Below, in pieces: positions 25,570 to 32,492 of a stretch of 32,492 nucleotides of DNA. The DNA comes from Gemmatimonadales bacterium. GTDB taxonomy: Bacteria > Gemmatimonadota > Gemmatimonadetes > Gemmatimonadales > GWC2-71-9. Below the pieces are notes generated by a model, which worked only from the letters and a program-made list of their open reading frames with translations, was not told the DNA's origin and ran no database searches. Each line of letters begins with the position of its first letter. The first letter of the stretch is position 1. The stretch lies in NCBI GenBank assembly GCA_044221825.1, contig JBGAOL010000004.1:1-32492 (forward strand), given 5' to 3'. Both the position numbers and the translations under genes were made by a program.

Positions 25570-26685
25570 ATGCGCAGGCGTCCCACGCGGCACCGCTGGC
25601 TGCTCGCCCTCCTGCCCCTCGCGGCGGGCTGCGCCGCCCTCGGCGGCGTGCTCACGGGCATGGAGCGCCCCCCGGCCCCGCTCGACGCGGCCACCGTGGC
25701 GAGCGACGCCCGGCTCGACTCCACCGGCGCCCTCCTCGGCAGCTTCATTGGTGAAGGGACCAGCCGCGAGGTGCACCTGGTCTCGAGCGACACGGCGCTC
25801 ATCGCCGCCCTCGCCCGCCGCTACCGTCCCGCCACCGACCGCCGCGGCGACACCTGGCAGTGGCTCGCCGGCCGGCGCACCTTCGCCATCAACCTCGATC
25901 CCGTGGCCGATTCCGCCCTCCGCGCCCGCGCCGTGATGGTGGGCTCGCCCGCGGGACACACGCAGGTGGACCTGACGGGCATCCTCCTCCGCGGCTCCTC
26001 CTGCGGTGCGCGCGGGGCCCGGGCGGAATTCCTGGTGGCGCCGGCCCGCGGCAGCAGCGGCCCCTCGCTTCGCGGCCCCGTGGTGGGCTCCTTCCTCGAG
26101 GACCGCAGCTTCATGGTGGTGAAGCGCATGGAGCGCCGCACCCCGGCCGACGACCCGTCACCGGAACTCACCGACAGCCTCCTGGTGTGGACCGCCGACG
26201 CCATGGATTCGCTGCTCGAGGCGCAGCTCCCCATGCGCGAGCGCCCGCTGGCCCGCCCCACCGGCATCCGCCTGGAACTCAACGGCCTCGCCGACGACGA
26301 CGCGGCCGACGTGCTGGCCTTCCGCCTCGACGACGGCCGCATCCGCTACGCCGTCTCGCTCCGCGAGCGCCGCACCACGGCGCGCGGGGCCGACGTGCTG
26401 GCGTCCATCGTGATGGTCTGGGATGCCGCCGGCACCTGGCGGCAGGTGGTGTTCAATCCCACCCTGCTCGAGTACCGCCGCTGGCGTCCGGCGCGGCCCT
26501 ACGGCAGCTTCACGGGGCCGCACTTCTGGCGCCGGCTCGATGCGGTGAGCGGCTTCGCCTTCGGGCGCGATTACCTCTGGATGGAGCAGGTCGACGTCAC
26601 CGATGGCAGCGTCCTCTGGGTCATCCTCGAGCCGCGCGGCAACACCGTCGTGGCCGCGGCCGAGATGGACGGCCCCTGCACCTGA
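25570..26685 (+). CDS. Hypothetical lipoprotein
   Basis: GGGAGG RBS. Basic N-terminus, hydrophobic stretch and lipobox LAAGC. No recognisable domain. Confidence 0.75.
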   Translation: MRRRPTRHRWLLALLPLAAGCAALGGVLTGMERPPAPLDAATVASDARLDSTGALLGSFIGEGTSREVHLVSSDTALIAALARRYRPATDRRGDTWQWLAGRRTFAINLDPVADSALRARAVMVGSPAGHTQVDLTGILLRGSSCGARGARAEFLVAPARGSSGPSLRGPVVGSFLEDRSFMVVKRMERRTPADDPSPELTDSLLVWTADAMDSLLEAQLPMRERPLARPTGIRLELNGLADDDAADVLAFRLDDGRIRYAVSLRERRTTARGADVLASIVMVWDAAGTWRQVVFNPTLLEYRRWRPARPYGSFTGPHFWRRLDAVSGFAFGRDYLWMEQVDVTDGSVLWVILEPRGNTVVAAAEMDGPCT

Positions 26686-26707
26686 TCGCCTCGATCCCGG
26701 ACTCCCC

Positions 26708-27241
26708 ATGGCCACGCCCGCCCCGCTCGAGACCCGCCGCCTCCGCCTGCTCCCGTTCACGGCGGACGCCATTGCCGCGCTGCTCGACGGCGACCAGGGC
26801 CGGCTGGTCCAGCTGACCGGCAGCACCTTCCCGCTCCCGCTCCGGCCGCCGCCGCTCATGGAGGAAGTCCTCCCCCTGGTGCGCGACCAGCTGCGCGCCA
26901 ATCCCGCCACCCTCGGCTGGTGGACCTGGCTGACCGTCGACAAGGCCACCGGCCAGGTGACCGGCGCGCTCGGCTTCGGCGGGCCACCGGACGGGGAAGG
27001 TGCCGTGATGATCGGCTACGCGACGTATCCCGGTGCCGCGCAGCAGGGCTTCGCCAGCGAGGCCACGCGGGCGCTCATCGACTGGGCCCTGGCCCATCCC
27101 GCGGTGGCGCGAGTCTGCGCCAGCATCCCGCCCGAGAACACCGCCGCGCGCCGCGTGGCCGAGAAGGTGGGGATGCGCGTGGCGGGCACGGTCTGGGAGG
27201 AGGAGATCGACGACGTGCTGCTCTACGAGGTGACCCGCTAG
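26708..27241 (+). CDS. GNAT acetyltransferase (RimJ/RimL type)
   Basis: LETRRLRL, IGYA...QQGFASEA, NTAARRVAEKVGM. Confidence 0.88.
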   Translation: MATPAPLETRRLRLLPFTADAIAALLDGDQGRLVQLTGSTFPLPLRPPPLMEEVLPLVRDQLRANPATLGWWTWLTVDKATGQVTGALGFGGPPDGEGAVMIGYATYPGAAQQGFASEATRALIDWALAHPAVARVCASIPPENTAARRVAEKVGMRVAGTVWEEEIDDVLLYEVTR

Positions 27242-27306
27242 CACCGCCCCGCGGCGGGTCCGCCCCCGAGCGCGAGGGGGCCCGCCCGCCTTATACTTCC
27301 CGCCCC

Positions 27307-27852
27307 ATGACCATCTACACCCGCACCGGCGACGCCGGCGAGACGGGCCTCTTCGGCGGTGGCCGCGTCCCCAAGGACCACGCCCGCGTCCAGGCCTACG
27401 GCGACGTCGACGAGCTCAACTCCGTCATCGGCCTGGTGCGTGCCACCCAGCCCGTCCACTTCCACGACGAGCTGCTCGAGACCATCCAGCGCGACCTCTT
27501 TGCCCTCGGTGGCCAGCTCGCCACGCCCGACCCCGAGCGGGTCCGCGAGGCCCTCGCCAAGGCGGAGCTGAGTGAGGCGCGGGTGACGCTGTTCGAGCGC
27601 ACCATCGACGCGGCCGACGCGGAGCTCCCGCCGCTGCGGGCCTTCGTGCTGCCCGCCGGCAGCCCCAAGGCGGCCGCCTTTCACCTGGCGCGGACCGTCT
27701 GCCGCCGCGCCGAGCGCAACGTGGTGACGCTGTCGCACTATGCGGAGATCCCGGAGCTGTTCATCGTCTACCTCAACCGGCTCTCCGACCTGCTCTTCAC
27801 CCTGGCCCGCCTCGCCAACCACCGCGAGGGCGCGGGCGACGTGACCTGGTAG
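27307..27852 (+). CDS. ATP:cob(I)alamin adenosyltransferase, PduO type
   Basis: IYTRTGDAGETGL, YGDVDELNS, FVLPAG, ARTVCRRAER, YLNRLSDLLFTLAR. Confidence 0.95.
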   Translation: MTIYTRTGDAGETGLFGGGRVPKDHARVQAYGDVDELNSVIGLVRATQPVHFHDELLETIQRDLFALGGQLATPDPERVREALAKAELSEARVTLFERTIDAADAELPPLRAFVLPAGSPKAAAFHLARTVCRRAERNVVTLSHYAEIPELFIVYLNRLSDLLFTLARLANHREGAGDVTW

Positions 27853-27865
27853 CACCCGCCGTCCC

Positions 27866-28999
27866 ATGCCCATCGTCCCCGTCCACCACGCCACCGGCCA
27901 GTACGACGTCATCATCGAGCCGGGCAGCCTGCTGCAGCTGCCCGAGCTGCTGGCGCGCGCGCTCGGTCGGCGGAAGCTGGCGCTCATCACCGACGACACG
28001 GTGGCGCGCTACTACGACGAGTGGACCAGCGCCACCGAGGCCACCCGCGCCCTCGGCGCCCGCCCGAGCGACGCCGGCATCCGGCTCCGCGCCGAGGCGC
28101 GCCTCAGCTTCCCGGCTGGCGAGGAGAGCAAGACCCGCGAGACCTGGATCCGCCTCTCGGACGAGTTGCTCTCGGCCGGCTTCGATCGTCACTCGGCCGT
28201 CGTGGCCCTGGGTGGCGGCGTGGTGGGCGACCTCGCCGGCTTCGTGGCCGCCACCTATCTCCGCGGCATCCCCTATGCGCAGGTGCCCACCACCGTGCTG
28301 GCCATGGTGGACGCCTCCGTGGGCGGCAAGGTGGGCGTGGACACGCCGCTCGGGAAGAACCTCATTGGCGCCTTCCACCCGCCGGCGATCGTGGTGGCCG
28401 ATCCCCTCACCCTGCTCAGCCTCCCCGACCGCACCTACCGCGCCGGCCTGGCCGAGGCGGTGAAGCATGGGGTGATCGCAGACGCCACCTTCTTCGCGTG
28501 GCTCGAGGCCAACGCGCGGAAGGTGATGCAGCGCGACCTCACGGCGCTCACCCACCTGGTGCACCGCAACGTCGAGATCAAGGCCGCCGTGGTGAGCGCC
28601 GACGAGCGCGAGGGCGGCATGCGCGCCATCCTGAACGCCGGCCACACCATTGCGCACGGCCTTGAGCAGGAGTCGGGCTACCGCATCCCCCACGGCGAAG
28701 CGGTGGCCCTGGGCCTGATCGCGGAGTGCCGCATCGCCGAGCGGATGGGGCTGGCCCCGGCCGGGCTCGCCGACCGGGTCCTGGCCCTCTGCCGGGCGCT
28801 CGGGCTGCCGATCCGGCTCTCCAACCCGGTGCAGGTGGCCCGCGTACTCGACGCCACCACGCGCGACAAGAAGAACCGCGACGGCCAGGTGCGCCTGGCG
28901 CTCCCCGTGGCCCTGGGCCGCATGCACGAGGGCGAGGGGCAGTGGACCGTGCCGGTCACCGACGAACTGCTGGCGAACGCGGTGAACGGGCTGCACTGA
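27866..28999 (+). CDS. aroB: 3-dehydroquinate synthase
   Basis: GEESKT, ALGGGVVGDLAGFVAATYLRG, PTTVLAMVDASVGGK, KNLIGAFH, DEREGG.RAILNAGHT..H, HGEAV, DKK. Confidence 0.96.
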   Translation: MPIVPVHHATGQYDVIIEPGSLLQLPELLARALGRRKLALITDDTVARYYDEWTSATEATRALGARPSDAGIRLRAEARLSFPAGEESKTRETWIRLSDELLSAGFDRHSAVVALGGGVVGDLAGFVAATYLRGIPYAQVPTTVLAMVDASVGGKVGVDTPLGKNLIGAFHPPAIVVADPLTLLSLPDRTYRAGLAEAVKHGVIADATFFAWLEANARKVMQRDLTALTHLVHRNVEIKAAVVSADEREGGMRAILNAGHTIAHGLEQESGYRIPHGEAVALGLIAECRIAERMGLAPAGLADRVLALCRALGLPIRLSNPVQVARVLDATTRDKKNRDGQVRLALPVALGRMHEGEGQWTVPVTDELLANAVNGLH

Positions 29000-29185
29000 T
29001 CCACATTTCCCCAGCCGTTTTCCCCGCCGATCCCCACTCATCCACAGCGAAAACCAGTCACCGCAAGAGCATAACCTGCAACAACTTGCAATCTACCTAT
29101 CAGTAGATATCCCTGCTCGGTGGCGAAACGGGGAGTGGACAAGGTCCGCAACCGGCAGGCAATAAACGATTTGTGATGTGGATAT
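28997..29185. promoter_or_regulatory. Cluster of DnaA-box-like 9-mers with an IHF-like site
   Basis: TGATCCACA (28997), TCATCCACA (29038) and TGTGGATAT (29177) each have one mismatch to TTWTNCACA. Weaker copies at 29005, 29018, 29028 and 29134. Confidence 0.55.
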
Positions 29186-29195
29186 CGTAGGTTTC

Positions 29196-29224
29196 TTGAC
29201 CACTTTTTTGTCACGTCCTATATT
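29196..29224 (+). promoter_or_regulatory. Sigma-70-type promoter for the sigma factor gene
   Basis: TTGACC-17 nt-TATATT. Confidence 0.75.
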
Positions 29225-29302
29225 CGCACACCCTTCACGCGGCCTTTCCCCCATCCCCCGGCCGCATCTCTGGGCACAACCTGCTGAGCCTGCGGAGTCT
29301 GC

Positions 29303-30193
29303 ATGAAGTCGCAGCCGCCGAAGTCCAAGGCGTTCTTCCGCCCCACCGCATCCGGGGCGTTCGACCAGTATCTCCTGGACATCCAGAAGCTTCCGATGAT
29401 TACCGACCCGGCCGAGGAGAAGCGGCTGGCCCGGCTGGCCCAGAAGGGAGACCCGCAAGCGGCGGAACGGCTCGTCACGGCCAACCTCCGCTTCGTCATT
29501 TCCTACGTGAAGAAGTATCAGGGTCACGGCCTGGACCTCTCCGAGCTGGTGGCCATCGGCAACGAGGGGCTGCTCAAGGCGGTGCGGAAGTTCGACCCCG
29601 ACCACGGCGTCAAGTTCATCTCCTACGCCGTCTGGTGGGTCCGCCAGGCCGTCCTCAAGGCCCTGGCCGAGCAGACCCGCAGCGTCCGCATCCCGCTCAA
29701 CCAGAACTCGGCCCTCATCAAGATGTCCCGCGCCGAGAGCTTCCTGGCCCAGGAGCTGGGTCGCGAGCCCACGGACGAGGAGATTGCCACCGCGCTCAAC
29801 GACTCGGTGGACAACATCCGCTCCGCCCGCCGCATGACCTCGGCCGAACTCTCCCTGGACGCCCCGGTGGAGAAGAGCGACAAGGCGAGCGGCACCCTGG
29901 GGGAGCGCTTCGCCGGCACCGAGGGCGGCGACATCGAGGAGCGCACCGACGCCACCCTCATGCGCGAGTTCATCGACAAGATCTTCGAGCGCTACCTCAC
30001 CCCCCGCGAGCGGAAGATCCTCTACCTCTATTACGGGCTCGAGGAAGGCAGCGAGGCGCTCACCCTGGAGCGGATCGGCGAGCTCCTGGGGGTCACCCGC
30101 GAGCGCATCCGGCAGATCCGGGAGCGTGCCTTCGAGAAGCTGCGCGAGTCGCCGGACGTGAAGGGCCTCAAGGGATTCTGGGTGGCTGCGTAA
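29303..30193 (+). CDS. RNA polymerase sigma-70 factor, RpoD/RpoS-like (regions 1.2-4, no region 1.1)
   Basis: YLLDI, ANLRFVI..KKY, GNEGLLKAVRKFDP..GVKFISYAVWWVRQ, RSVRIP, LSLDAP, TLERIGELLGVTRERIRQI. Confidence 0.95.
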   Translation: MKSQPPKSKAFFRPTASGAFDQYLLDIQKLPMITDPAEEKRLARLAQKGDPQAAERLVTANLRFVISYVKKYQGHGLDLSELVAIGNEGLLKAVRKFDPDHGVKFISYAVWWVRQAVLKALAEQTRSVRIPLNQNSALIKMSRAESFLAQELGREPTDEEIATALNDSVDNIRSARRMTSAELSLDAPVEKSDKASGTLGERFAGTEGGDIEERTDATLMREFIDKIFERYLTPRERKILYLYYGLEEGSEALTLERIGELLGVTRERIRQIRERAFEKLRESPDVKGLKGFWVAA

Positions 30194-30215
30194 CCGCCAG
30201 TTCCCGCGGCACCCG

Positions 30216-30256
30216 ACGGGGGAGGGCGCACCACGCGCCTTCCCCCGTTCCCTTTG
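30216..30256 (+). terminator. Terminator-like hairpin after the sigma factor gene
   Basis: ACGGGGGAGGGCGC-accac-GCGCCTTCCCCCGT followed by TCCCTTTG. Confidence 0.6.
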
Positions 30257-30275
30257 CTCCCCCTACATTCCGGCC

Positions 30276-30932
30276 ATGTCCCGCCGCCTGCCGCTCTTTC
30301 CGCTCCCGCTCGTGGCCTTCCCGGGCGAGCTGGTCCCGCTGCACATCTTCGAACCCCGCTACCGCCAGCTCCTGGCCGATTGCCTGGAGGGGGACGAGCA
30401 GTTCGGCATCACCACCCAGGCCGAGCCGCGCGCCGGCGCCCTCGGCACGCTGGTGCTGATCCGCGGCAGCCAGCCGCTTCCCGACGGCCGGTCCAACATC
30501 GTCGTGGAAGGCGTCCGCCGCTTCGCCGTGCGTGCGGTGGTGCCCGAGGGGCTGCCCTACCTCGTGGCGCTGGTGGACGAGTTCGAGGACGGCGCCGAGT
30601 CGGCACCGCTGCCCGCGGAGCTCGAGGCGCTCCGGACCCTCGGCGCCGACTACCGGGAGGCCCTCGGCCTCCTGGCCGACAGCCCGGGCGACCCGCCCGC
30701 GTGGGCCCCCGACCCGGAGGCGCTCAGCTTCCAGGTGGCCGCCCTGGCCGAGGTGGAGGTGGAGGCCAAGGAGCGGCTGCTGGCCCTCCGGAGCACGCGG
30801 GAGCGCGCGCGGGCGCTGCTCGACCTCCTGCCCCCGTTGGTGCAATCGGCGCGGGCGCGGGCCACGGTGCACGTGCGGGCCCGCTCCAACGGGAAGGGGC
30901 ACCACGGGCACGACATCGTGACCGGCGGATGA
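30276..30932 (+). CDS. Stand-alone Lon peptidase N-terminal substrate-binding domain protein
   Basis: LPLFPL..VAFPG..PLHIFEPRYRQL, LPDGRSNIVVEGVRRF, KERLL..RERA. No AAA+ or protease domain. Confidence 0.9.
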   Translation: MSRRLPLFPLPLVAFPGELVPLHIFEPRYRQLLADCLEGDEQFGITTQAEPRAGALGTLVLIRGSQPLPDGRSNIVVEGVRRFAVRAVVPEGLPYLVALVDEFEDGAESAPLPAELEALRTLGADYREALGLLADSPGDPPAWAPDPEALSFQVAALAEVEVEAKERLLALRSTRERARALLDLLPPLVQSARARATVHVRARSNGKGHHGHDIVTGG

Positions 30933-32344
30933 CCACCCCGCTCGCCGACGCGCTGGCCCGCATCGTGGGCCCGCGGTGGGTGCGGAGCCAGCCGGCCGAG
31001 CTCGCCACCTACGCCGCCGATGGCCTGCCGACGCACGAGGCGGTGCCGGGCCTCGTGGTGCTCCCCGCCAACAAGCACGAGGTGGCCGCGGTGCTCCGGC
31101 TGCTGCACCTGCTCGAGGTGCCGTTCGTGGCGCGGGGCGCCGGCACGGGGCTCTCGGGCGGCGCGCTGGCGGAGGCGCCGGCGGTGCTGGTGACGCTCAC
31201 GCGCATGAGCCGCATCTTGAGCCTCTGCGCCGACTCGCGCCGGGCGGTGGTGGAGCCCGGGGTCATCAACGCCAAGCTCTCCGAGGCCGCCGCCCCGCTG
31301 GGCCTCCACTACGTGCCCGACCCCTCCAGCCAGACCGCCTGCACCATCGGCGGCAACGTGGCGGAGAATGCCGGCGGGCCGCATTGCCTCAAGTACGGCG
31401 TCACCACGAATCACGTCACCCAGGTGGAGGTGCTCCTCGCCGACGGCTCGAGCGTGGTGCTCGGCTCGCCGCAGGGAGAGCCGTGGGGGCCGGACCTGGT
31501 GGGGCTCTTCGTGGGGAGCGAGGGGATGTTCGGGATCGCGGTGGAGATCACGGTGCGGCTCGAGCCCATCCCGCGCACCATCCGCACCGTCTTCGCCGAC
31601 TTCATGGCGCTCCGCGCGGCCAGTGAGGCGGTCTCCGCCATCATCGCGTCGGGCATCGTGCCGGCCGCGCTCGAGATGATGGACCAGAGCTGCGTCATTG
31701 CCGTGGAGCAGTCCATCTACGCCACGGGCGCGCGCACCGACGCGGCCGCAGTATTGCTGGTGGAACTGGACGGCAGCGATGCGGCAGTCGCCGCCGAGAC
31801 GCTCGTCGTGGAGGGACTGCTGCGTGCGCACGGCGCGCGCGAGGTGCGCAGTGCCACCGCGCCCGCCGACCGCGCCCGCCTGTGGCAGGGCCGCAAGAAG
31901 GCCTTCGGTGCGCTGGGCCGCATCGCGCCGGACCTCGCGGTGCAGGATGCCGTGGTGCCACGCTCCGTGCTGCCGATGATCCTCGACCGCATCGCCGGCA
32001 TCCGCGACCGGCTCGGCCTCCAGATCAGCAACGTCTTCCACGCCGGCGACGGGAACCTGCATCCCTGCATCAGCTTCGACCGCCGCGCGCCAGGCGAGGC
32101 CGACCGGGTGGAGGAGGCGAGCCGCGAGATCATGGAGGCATGCCTGGCCGCCGGCGGCAGCGTCACCGGCGAGCACGGCGTGGGCAGCGACAAGCGCGAC
32201 TACATGCCCCTCGCCTTCACGGCACCGACCCTCGCGCTGATGTGCGACGTCCGGCGCGCCTTCGACCCGGAGGCGCGCGCCAACCCGGGCAAGGTGGTCC
32301 CCGTCCATCTCTGCCACGAGTGGCGGCGCGGAGGCGAGGCATGA
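30929..32344 (+). CDS. glcD: Glycolate oxidase subunit GlcD-like FAD-linked oxidase
   Basis: ARGAGTGLSGGA, PDPSSQTACTIGGNVAENAGGPHCLKYGVT, GSEG, FHAGDGNLHP, GEHGVG, NPGK. ATGA overlap with the upstream gene. Confidence 0.92.
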   Translation: MTTPLADALARIVGPRWVRSQPAELATYAADGLPTHEAVPGLVVLPANKHEVAAVLRLLHLLEVPFVARGAGTGLSGGALAEAPAVLVTLTRMSRILSLCADSRRAVVEPGVINAKLSEAAAPLGLHYVPDPSSQTACTIGGNVAENAGGPHCLKYGVTTNHVTQVEVLLADGSSVVLGSPQGEPWGPDLVGLFVGSEGMFGIAVEITVRLEPIPRTIRTVFADFMALRAASEAVSAIIASGIVPAALEMMDQSCVIAVEQSIYATGARTDAAAVLLVELDGSDAAVAAETLVVEGLLRAHGAREVRSATAPADRARLWQGRKKAFGALGRIAPDLAVQDAVVPRSVLPMILDRIAGIRDRLGLQISNVFHAGDGNLHPCISFDRRAPGEADRVEEASREIMEACLAAGGSVTGEHGVGSDKRDYMPLAFTAPTLALMCDVRRAFDPEARANPGKVVPVHLCHEWRRGGEA

Positions 32345-32492
32345 GTGCCGTCTTCGACCGGCTGCAGGCGCTGCTGGGCGCCGAGGGCGTGGAGCGCGAC
32401 CCGCACGGCCTCCCCTGCGCCGTCCCCGAGAGCGACGACGCGCTCGTGCTGGTCCTGCAGGCCGCGGCCGACGCGGGCTGGCGCCTGCGCAT
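32341..32492 (+). CDS. FAD-binding oxidoreductase, probable GlcE (3' end outside window)
   Basis: ATGA overlap with glcD. MSAVFDRLQALLGAEGV...AVPESDDALVLVLQAA is open to the window end. Identity inferred from position. Confidence 0.6.
   Translation, partial: MSAVFDRLQALLGAEGVERDPHGLPCAVPESDDALVLVLQAAADAGWRLR

Noticed and set aside
28010-28100. Apparent short insertion in AroB (EWTSATEATRALGARPSDAG)
   Set aside because: It lies in a variable N-terminal surface region and all catalytic motifs are intact. It cannot be judged without an alignment.
29172-29187. CRP site (TGTGA half-site)
   Set aside because: The second half-site is TATCG rather than TCACA. The overlap with a DnaA-like box explains the sequence better.
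743-32317. Many long overlapping or antisense ORFs (for example 743-2539, 3311-5281, 12086-14518, 15882-18140, 19783-22008, 30650-32317)
   Set aside because: Shadow ORFs expected at very high GC. They are Arg/Pro/Gly-rich or mirror real genes, and carry no motifs.

Overview
Very GC-rich bacterial chromosomal window made mostly of housekeeping and envelope genes. Gene content and order suggest Gemmatimonadota, which is an inference. Plus strand, left: rsmB (5'-truncated), PASTA protein, rpe, TlpA, tsaD, lgt and an aldehyde dehydrogenase. Minus strand: tamA/bamA-like, tamB (frameshifted), DAG-kinase family, GAF/PAS histidine kinase, NtrC-like regulator, then an 8-Cys microprotein, SH3/NlpC-P60, HAD, CYTH, a hypothetical and acpS. 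Plus strand, right: dacB, sixA, FprA-like reductase, lipoprotein, GNAT, PduO, aroB, a short sigma-70 factor, a Lon-N protein, glcD and partial glcE. The most interesting signals are non-coding. (1) An apparently free-standing ~250-nt structured RNA (about 5380-5634) with two covarying ~72-nt domains sits behind a complete sigma-54 promoter, IHF-like site and enhancer, and between two terminators. I cannot assign it to a known family. (2) A 232-nt element has 47-nt inverted arms whose mismatches are all G-U compatible. (3) A cluster of DnaA-box-like and IHF-like sites lies upstream of the sigma factor. (4) A symmetric bidirectional promoter lies between tamA and dacB. The NtrC-like regulator has lost its GAFTGA loop and has an altered Walker B. 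No CRISPR, tRNA, rRNA, transposase or prophage was seen.
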